A DNA stretch of 64,000 bases from Verrucomicrobiota bacterium (GTDB lineage Bacteria > Verrucomicrobiota > Verrucomicrobiia > Limisphaerales > SXQI01). The notes beneath the pieces are model-generated. The model saw only the letters and a program-made list of their open reading frames with translations, was not told the DNA's origin and searched no databases. The stretch is from NCBI GenBank assembly GCA_033762115.1, contig JANRLX010000103.1, positions 25,886-89,885 on the forward strand, in the 5' to 3' direction. Both the position numbers and the translations under genes were made by a program. This document shows positions 57,499 through 64,000 of the stretch, in pieces. Numbering within the stretch: position 1 is the first letter of the stretch; each line of letters begins with the position of its first letter.

Positions 57499-58350
57499 AT
57501 GGAATTGGACCTGGAACAGGTGCGCCGCGCCGTCGCTGCCGCACTTCAGGAAGACATCGGCCCCGGTGATGTCACTTCCCTTTCCACAATCCCCGCCACT
57601 TCCATCTCCCGCTCTGAAATCAACGCCAGGCAACCGTTGATCGTTGCCGGGATTCCCTTCGCCCTGGAAACGTTCCAGCAGGTTTCCAGCGATATCCATT
57701 GCGCCGCTCCAGCGCAGGATGGGACTTCCCTTTCCGCCGGGGCAACCCTGCTGAAAATCGAAGGCCCCACCCGCGCCATTCTCACCGCCGAACGTGTCGC
57801 GCTCAACTTCCTCCAACGCCTCTCAGGCATCGCCACTCTCACCAGCCAGTACGTCAAAGCGGTTGCAGGCACCCGCGCCCGCATTCTTGATACCCGCAAA
57901 ACCATTCCCGGCTGGAGAAATTTTGATAAATACGCAGTCCGCTGCGGCGGCGGCCAAAACCATCGCATGGGCCTCTTCGATATGGCCTTGATCAAGGACA
58001 ACCATCTCGCCGCCCTCGCCTCCGAACAGCCCAATCCCGTTGCTGCTGCCGTGGCCCGTATTCGCCAACTCCACCCCCGGTTGAAAGTCGAAGTCGAGGC
58101 GGACACTCTTGAGCAGGTCCGGCATGCCGTCGCTGCCGCTTCTGACATTATTTTGCTCGATAACATGTCTCTCGACCAGTTGCGCGAGGCGGTTCGGATT
58201 GTTTCTGGCCGTGCCCTTCTTGAGGCCAGCGGCGGCGTCACCCTTCAAACCATCCAGGCCATCGCCCAAACCGGAGTGGACCTCATCTCAGTCGGTGCAA
58301 TCACTCATTCAGCCCCTGCTGTCGATATTGGATTGGACTTTTGCCCGTGA
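57499..58350 (+). CDS. nadC: Nicotinate-nucleotide pyrophosphorylase (carboxylating)
   Basis: ALQEDIGPGDVT, ERVALN, DTRKT, HRMGL, IKDNH, EVE, LLDNM, EASGG, SVGAITHS. Confidence 0.97.
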   Translation: MELDLEQVRRAVAAALQEDIGPGDVTSLSTIPATSISRSEINARQPLIVAGIPFALETFQQVSSDIHCAAPAQDGTSLSAGATLLKIEGPTRAILTAERVALNFLQRLSGIATLTSQYVKAVAGTRARILDTRKTIPGWRNFDKYAVRCGGGQNHRMGLFDMALIKDNHLAALASEQPNPVAAAVARIRQLHPRLKVEVEADTLEQVRHAVAAASDIILLDNMSLDQLREAVRIVSGRALLEASGGVTLQTIQAIAQTGVDLISVGAITHSAPAVDIGLDFCP

Positions 58351-59327
58351 CGATTGATGCCCAGATTCTCGCCGCCTTGCGAAAGGGGAACAGTGTTTCC
58401 GGCGCTGAACTCGCCTCCGCCCTCTCCATCTCCCGCGCCGCAGTCTGGGCTCGCATCGAGGAACTCCGCTCCCTTGGTTATGAAATCGAGGCCAGCCCCC
58501 ATGAAGGCTACACCTTGCGCAAGGTGCCTGATGTCCTCCATGCCGATGATCTCCTCTCCCGCCTGCATCACGTTACTGTCATCGGTCGTGATTTCCGGGT
58601 CTTTCAGGAAACCACCTCTACCAACGACATCGCCGAAAAACTCGCCCGCGACGGAGTCAGGGAAGGCGTTGTCATCTTCGCCGAATCACAAACAAAAGGC
58701 CGGGGACGCCTGGGCCGCAAATGGGTTTCACCTCCCGGCAAAGGCCTCTGGTTTTCCATCCTCCTCCGCCCCGCCATCCCTCCCCAGTCAGTCACCTGGA
58801 TGACCATTGCCGCCGCCACCGCCCTCGTCCGCGCATTCAGGACCATCCCCGGAATCAAACCGGACATCAAATGGCCCAATGACATCCTCATCAACGGCAA
58901 AAAAGTCGCTGGCATCCTCACCGAAATGAGCGCCGAACTCGACAAGGTCCGTCACCTCATCCTCGGCATCGGCATCGATGTGAACCTTGAAAAATCCGAT
59001 CTCCCCGCCGAACTCCAGCAGATCGCCACTTCATTGCGCATCGAAAGCGGCCACAAAATCAACCGCGCTGAACTCGCCGCGCTCCTGGTCCGAAACCTCG
59101 ACCACGATTACGAACGGGTCACCTCAGGCCGCTTCGCTGAACTCGCCGAGGAATGGGAAGAGCATTGCACCACCGTCGGCCAGGAAGTGGAAATCATCAT
59201 GGGCGATAGGACCATTCAAGGCCGCGCGGAAGCCCTCGATGCCGATGGCGCACTGCTTGTCCGCACCGAACATGGCCGTCTTGAAAGAATTATCGGCGGC
59301 GATGTCCGCACCCGCAAAACCACCTGA
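58347..59327 (+). CDS. birA: Bifunctional biotin operon repressor / biotin-protein ligase
   Basis: N-terminal HTH (SGAELA..ISRAAVW), STND, QTKGRGRLGRKW, KWPND, KVAGIL; GTGA overlap with nadC. Confidence 0.95.
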   Translation: MTIDAQILAALRKGNSVSGAELASALSISRAAVWARIEELRSLGYEIEASPHEGYTLRKVPDVLHADDLLSRLHHVTVIGRDFRVFQETTSTNDIAEKLARDGVREGVVIFAESQTKGRGRLGRKWVSPPGKGLWFSILLRPAIPPQSVTWMTIAAATALVRAFRTIPGIKPDIKWPNDILINGKKVAGILTEMSAELDKVRHLILGIGIDVNLEKSDLPAELQQIATSLRIESGHKINRAELAALLVRNLDHDYERVTSGRFAELAEEWEEHCTTVGQEVEIIMGDRTIQGRAEALDADGALLVRTEHGRLERIIGGDVRTRKTT

Positions 59328-59328
59328 C

Positions 59329-60099
59329 ATGATTCTCTACTTTGACATCGGCAACACCCATACCCACGTGGGCCTTGGCACCGCCTCGAAGATACTGAAA
59401 CAAAAAAATCTTCCCACCAGCGCCTGGTTCGATCATTCAATCCTCCCCGCTGTCAAACAATTCGCAGGCAAATCGAAAATCGACCATTGCGCCCTTGCCA
59501 GCGTCGTTCCCAGGGCCACCTCCGTCGCACGCGCCATCCTGAGCGCCCAATTCTCCCCTCCCTTCGAGCTTCGCCATGACACCGTCACCGGCATCGGCAT
59601 CGCCTATCCCAAACCTGAAACCATCGGCCCAGACCGATTGGCCAACGCCGTCGCCGCAAAACACCTCCTCGGCGCTCCCTCCGTCGTTGTCGATTTCGGC
59701 ACCGCTGTCACCTTTGATATCCTCGACCGCCGGGGAAATTATGTCGGCGGCATCATCGCACCCGGACTTGCTGTGATGACCTCCTACCTCCACGAAAAAA
59801 CTGCGCTGCTCCCGCAAATCACCATTCGCGATACCAACTCCATCATTGGCAAAAACACCAAGCAGGCCATGCTCATCGGCGCGGTTCATGGCTACCGTGG
59901 ATTGATCAGGGAACTCCTCGCCGCCTTGAAAAAGGAATTGGACAGCCCCACGCTCCCGGTCATTGCCACCGGCGGCTACGCCAAATTGATGGCTTCCAAA
60001 CTCCCAGAAATCACCCTCGTCCAGCCCTTGCTCACCCTTGATGGCTTGCGCCTCTGCTGGAACGCCGCCCAATCGGGCAACAAAAAAGCGACCCCATGA
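59329..60099 (+). CDS. coaX: Type III pantothenate kinase
   Basis: DIGNT, GPDR, VDFGTAVTFD, GGIIAPG, ATGG, LTLDGL. Confidence 0.95.
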   Translation: MILYFDIGNTHTHVGLGTASKILKQKNLPTSAWFDHSILPAVKQFAGKSKIDHCALASVVPRATSVARAILSAQFSPPFELRHDTVTGIGIAYPKPETIGPDRLANAVAAKHLLGAPSVVVDFGTAVTFDILDRRGNYVGGIIAPGLAVMTSYLHEKTALLPQITIRDTNSIIGKNTKQAMLIGAVHGYRGLIRELLAALKKELDSPTLPVIATGGYAKLMASKLPEITLVQPLLTLDGLRLCWNAAQSGNKKATP

Positions 60100-60128
60100 C
60101 AGGGTCGCTTTGCCTCAAAGCGAAAAAA

Positions 60129-60332
60129 TTACTTCTTCTCTCCTTTTTTCTCAGTCTTTGGATTGCACTTCTCGCAGGTTTTCTTTTCCTTCGTGGCTTC
60201 CACGCAGCACTTGTGGGCGCATGCTTTGCCAGCCTTTTTCGCATCGTCACAGCAACCTGCCTGGACAGTGGCGCTGGTTGCCATGAACGCGAGCGCGCAG
60301 GCAATCACAGTAAATAATTTAGCGGTTTTCAT
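60129..60332 (-). CDS. Small secreted Cys/Lys-rich protein
   Basis: Signal peptide ending VQA; mature GCCDDAKKAGKACAHKCCVEATKEKKTCEKCNPK... with an internal repeat. Confidence 0.75.
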   Translation of the reverse strand: MKTAKLFTVIACALAFMATSATVQAGCCDDAKKAGKACAHKCCVEATKEKKTCEKCNPKTEKKGEKK

Positions 60333-60461
60333 ACTTTTTGTTTTTCCGGGTCATCAAACCTCTCGCTGTCCTTCTTCACATTGACTGCTCAGCCGTCCAG
60401 CTTCGGTTTAACCTCCGACAATACCAGATCCACCCCACTTGTCCAGTTCACTCCATGGCGG

Positions 60462-60764
60462 GGGTGTAATTAAAAGTGCCGGTCAATTTTTGGCGTTGTG
60501 CCAGTAAATGTCCCACCAACCGTTTGCACGCGCGGTCCGAAGTTGGAGCATGCTTTCCATGTTTAGGCCCTTCGATTTATTTCAATGGATTTGCTCATAC
60601 AGGCGTTGTTTCTTCTTTTCCAAACGGCTGCTGATCAGGCGATCCATGAGCCACAACCCGCGATTGAGTGACCATCTCTTCCACAAAGATACGGCAGACT
60701 GCCAATTCCCACCATTAACGGAAACACAAAATTTCGTTTCAAATTCCGCTAATCTGATTCTCAT
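60462..60764 (-). mobile_element. Degenerate 3' end of an IS transposase (ISKra4-like) with a possible terminal IR
   Basis: One frame reads ...DRLISSRLEKKKQ...H*...MESMLQLRTARANGWWDIYW* with an internal TGA, followed by ACTTTTAATTACACCC. The resemblance to ISKra4 C-termini and ends is from memory. Confidence 0.45.
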
Positions 60765-60767
60765 ACT

Positions 60768-60825
60768 ACCTCCTTGATGAAACTTTTCCACCCATTCGTC
60801 GCATCATTCCTGATCAACTCCGCCG
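60768..60825. repeat. 58-bp perfect direct repeat, copy 1
   Basis: ACCTCCTTGATGAAACTTTTCCACCCATTCGTCGCATCATTCCTGATCAACTCCGCCG, identical to 62102-62159. Confidence 0.95.
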
Positions 60826-61466
60826 TTTCCATAGGAACAGCGTTGCACCGCCCACGGCAAGAAATACCCAGGTGGACGGCTCCGGGACTGCCCCGGCAAT
60901 GATCGCCTGATTGGGAACGGAATTATAGGCCCAGGAAACGATCTCCCCTCCGCCTAATACTTGACCGAACAGGGTGGAGCAATCGAGCAAGGCCCAGCCA
61001 TAATGGGTCTTGCCCTCAATCTGAAACTCCATCCCGAAATACGCCCGCTGGTTATAGAACAGACCTACTGCGCCGGTATCCAAAACAGCGCTGATTGTTG
61101 CATGACCTCGCAACCTAGGCGAATTTTCGGAAAACCATTCAGCCCCAGCAACTGGCGAAAGGCTTATTGTTTCTCCCGCAGTTAACGGAACCAACAGACT
61201 TCCTAAATCACGAGGACCTGGAATGGCCCCCAGTATTCTATTTTCACCAGATGGAAGAACTCTAACTCCATAGCTTTCCTGGATGACCGAAAAATCGGTT
61301 ACATGGTCTCCATTGACATCGAAGTTATAAGGCGGCGGGGGGGGTAATGTGGGTTAAAATAGTTATAAATCGGTGTCTCCGGCTGAAAGTAAATGGTGCC
61401 TTGCGCCAGGGCGTGGGCTGGCAGCAGCGAGACTGCTGCCAGCATCAATAGAATCATCCTGGACAT
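60814..61466 (-). pseudogene. PEP-CTERM sorting-domain protein, frameshifted at a G8 tract (61337-61344)
   Basis: ATG 61466 gives MSRMILLMLAAVSLLPAHALAQGTIYF...HY. One more base in the tract joins PPPYNFDVNGDHVTDF...THYGW...VPEPSTWVFLAVGGATLFLWKRRS*. Confidence 0.8.
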
Positions 61467-61468
61467 GG

Positions 61469-63662
61469 TCACTCCAGTTCAATAATGCGGTAAAACCGCC
61501 GCCCATTCGGGCCGTTCATCTCCGCTTCCACCGCTGTGTTGGTTTTCACGGCGCTGATCTCCCCGCCCCAGTTCATCCAGCTTGCCGTTTCCATGTTGTC
61601 CCGATACTGCACCTGGTAAGACTGCCCCACCACCGAAGGCCAGGCAAACGCTACTTTGTTCGTTCCGGTCTGCGCCATGTCGATGATCTCCAATTCCGGC
61701 TTGGCCTGCCCCTGGTTGCCGCTCAGCAGCAGCGAAACCCATTCCCGCCCGCCAGCGTCCCCTTGTGCGTCACCTTGATCTGGTAAGTCCCGGCAACCGT
61801 GTTCGTGATCATCACCTGCTCAATGTTGTTTCGGCTGTCATCTCCCTTGGCCGCCGCCGTCGCCCGGGCCGCTGCGGTCTGGTTCGTCAAATCCGGCGTG
61901 AGCACCCACGGCAGGTTGGTCGCCCCGTTCGGAGAAATGATCCGCAAATCAAGGTCATGCACCAGTTGTGGCGTGGGATCGTCCACCACCCCTTCCACCT
62001 GCGGTTCACCCGCAATGTCCGTCCAGACAATCGTCACCTTCAAGGTCTGGTTGGAACTGACCGCCACCGGAAACTCGATCCGGTCTCCATTGAAGAGATA
62101 AACCTCCTTGATGAAACTTTTCCACCCATTCGTCGCATCATTCCTGATCAACTCCGCCGCCCTCCGCGTGTTCATCAACCCCCAGCCAAACCGGTAATCA
62201 GGCCCCGGATGTTCTCCTGCTTCATCAGCCGTGTGCAGGACAATGTCCTTCATTGTCGAAGCCAGCCATGGACGGGCGTTCGTATGGTAACTCTCCCTTA
62301 ACTGATTAAGCAGGTTGATCGATCCGGTGATGGCCGGGGCGGCAAAACTCGTGCCGAGGCGCTTTGAAAAGCCGTGTTGGAATTCGTTGTCGCCATCGGG
62401 ATGTTGACCCCTGGCGCCACCACGTCCGGCTTGATCCTGCCATCATCCGTCGGGCCAAACGGACTGAAGCTGGACATGATCACATTCGTCGCGCCGATAT
62501 AGCCGCCCGGCAGGTTGTTCACCGCGCCCACGGTCAATGTGTTCTTGGCATTTCCCTGCGGATGGATCGCATCGTACCCTCCCGCGTCCCCATCAATCGA
62601 GCGGGTCACCCCAGTGATCCAATAACCGACATTCGTTCCGGGCAGCACATAAAAATGGTTGGTCGGCTGCGCCGGAGGCCCTTCATTCCGGCTGTTGCCC
62701 GGCGTCCAGACCGGTAAATAAGTGCGTGAAATGAACACGTTGGTATCGATACTATAGGCTTCCGGCGTGTAGGCCCCAAACTTCCAGTCAACCGTTTGAC
62801 TGACATTCGTGTCTCCAAACCAGAACCAGTTCGTTCCACTGGCCAGCCATCCGCAGCGCGCACTATAGGAATGGTTGGAGATCCGCAATCCATTGGTGGC
62901 TGCTTCCTCTGCCATCTCGGCCATATCATCAATCGTGTCATTTGCCCACACCGGCGCCGCGTAGGACATCCCCTTGGCAGCCTGGACATTCGTCACTCCA
63001 CCAATGACAAGATTGTAAACCCCTCCCGCCCCAAGGACGGAAGCCACTGCGGTGGCGTGGGAACTCATTTCCGAAGCGCCATCCCTTTGGACCACCCGCC
63101 CCTGGAATTCATTATGGGTCAGCCTCGGCGTGCCTGTTTCCCACATCCCCACCGGTGTGTTGCTGCCGGTCAGGTTGAACCCCGCCGCTCCTCCCGGCCA
63201 CACTGCCGCCGTGGCAATGGAGACCGCCTGGGTCAGCGAATCATCCATGTTCCATACCGGATGGCCATCCACAAAACTGGAGAGGATCGCCCGTTCACCA
63301 TTTGGAAAGATCAGCTCTGTCGGCGTGCCGGAGTTGGTCGCCGCCTGCAACGTTTCCTGTCGGCTGATGCTAAATGCCTCAGCCAGCAACAACAGATTGG
63401 TCCGAGTCAAGGCATCAACGCTGGCCTGGTTGGCTGGTTGACCATTGGGCAGCGTCATCGGTTTGGCCAGCCAGGGGGCAAAACGCGTCCGGTTGGTGGC
63501 AAGGATCGCCAGGTGCGTTTGCCACGCCGCCTCAATCTCCGCAGGCGTTGGCGGGTCGTTTGTCCCCGCGCCATCTTCCGGCATGGGAACGTTTTGGGCT
63601 TGGGTTTGGAAAACAACGGCCAGGGCCGCAGCAAATGTCAGGAGCAATAATGGTTTTTTCAT
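61469..63662 (-). pseudogene. Secreted S8 (subtilisin-like) peptidase split by two frameshifts (~62355 and ~61745)
   Basis: Signal peptide, GMWETG (Glu at the catalytic Asp position), SHATAV, PGN, GPTDDGRIKPDVVAPG. GTSFAAP appears in the shifted frame, then GPDYRFGWG, and EWVSLLLSG...WPS..G.SY.VQY in the third frame. Confidence 0.85.
62102..62159. repeat. 58-bp perfect direct repeat, copy 2 (inside the S8 coding sequence)
   Basis: Identical to 60768-60825, offset 1334 bp; encodes AAELIRNDATNGWKSFIKE. Confidence 0.95.
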
Positions 63663-63921
63663 GGTGTGAACTGCCTGTTCATCGATTGATACGTAAGCTC
63701 CCTGGCAAATCTTTCAGAAAATTAAATATTCTGAAGCTGCCTCAAGTGGTCTGCTTCTTCTTACGCTGCCTTGGCCATGAATGTTTTGCAGGATTTCACC
63801 TCCTGCCTCAAGGTAACATCAATTACTAATATTTCCTACGATCTTAAAATTTACTGTTGACACATGTTGTCTCTGCGTATTCTAATCGCCGCATTATTGA
63901 ACATTAAATCAGATTAATGCT

Positions 63922-64000
63922 ATGACTCAGGATACCTCCCTCAACAACCTCGCTCCTGACCTCCTCCAGGAACTCAAACGCCACCACGCCCTCCGCGACC
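63922..64000 (+). CDS. Start of an unknown CDS running off the window
   Basis: ATG 63922, MTQDTSLNNLAPDLLQELKRHHALRD..., open to the edge; TTGACA at 63857 in AT-rich upstream DNA. Confidence 0.45.
   Translation, partial: MTQDTSLNNLAPDLLQELKRHHALRD

Noticed and set aside
58987..59328. N-terminal extension of coaX in the ORF track (similar extensions for thyA, moxR, DUF4159, yidC and the kinase)
   Set aside because: The extensions overlap upstream genes or intergenic DNA; family homology begins at the downstream starts used here.
60582..60584. In-frame TGA as selenocysteine or programmed readthrough
   Set aside because: No redox motif or SECIS-like hairpin; more simply a nonsense mutation in an IS remnant.
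60582..60791. 69-aa ORF as a genuine protein gene
   Set aside because: Its 5' end lies in the duplicated S8 fragment and it is better explained as part of a degenerate transposase frame.
63737..63812. CTGCCTCAAG occurring twice upstream of the S8 gene
   Set aside because: Only two 10-bp copies 66 bp apart; too weak to call a binding site.

Overview
A GC-rich bacterial window, most likely Verrucomicrobiota subdivision 3 (Pedosphaera/Limisphaera-like). This is inferred from the extended ECF sigma factor, the PEP-CTERM protein, the tandem ASPIC/UnbV proteins and the HU and L34 sequences. Most of it is core chromosome: tRNA-Gly, an HU gene, dapL, thyA, prmC, murA, moxR/DUF58, tolQRAB-pal, rpmH-rnpA-yidD-yidC-jag-sixA, aroB and nadC-birA-coaX. 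The standout is a minus-strand, translationally coupled operon at 28160-32209. It encodes a receiver-PAS protein ending in a KaiA-like C-terminal domain, then KaiB, a double-domain KaiC with intact S/T phosphosites and A-loop, and a glycerate kinase. That is an apparently complete KaiABC-type oscillator in a non-cyanobacterium. It is flanked by a PAS-PAS kinase/NarL pair, a single-domain receiver, a DsrE/F/H-like triad (the third gene is missed by the ORF track) and a CX5R-domain/cytochrome c' fusion. Other items: an in-frame Hen1(N)-Pnkp(C) chimera beside the tRNA, three candidate small RNAs, an OmpR/PhoB-like box before a VTC-DUF4956-HlyD operon, and a decaying right end (frameshifted S8 protease and PEP-CTERM genes, a 58-bp duplication, an IS remnant). 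GC skew also flips across the window. All calls come from reading motifs by eye; no database search was run.
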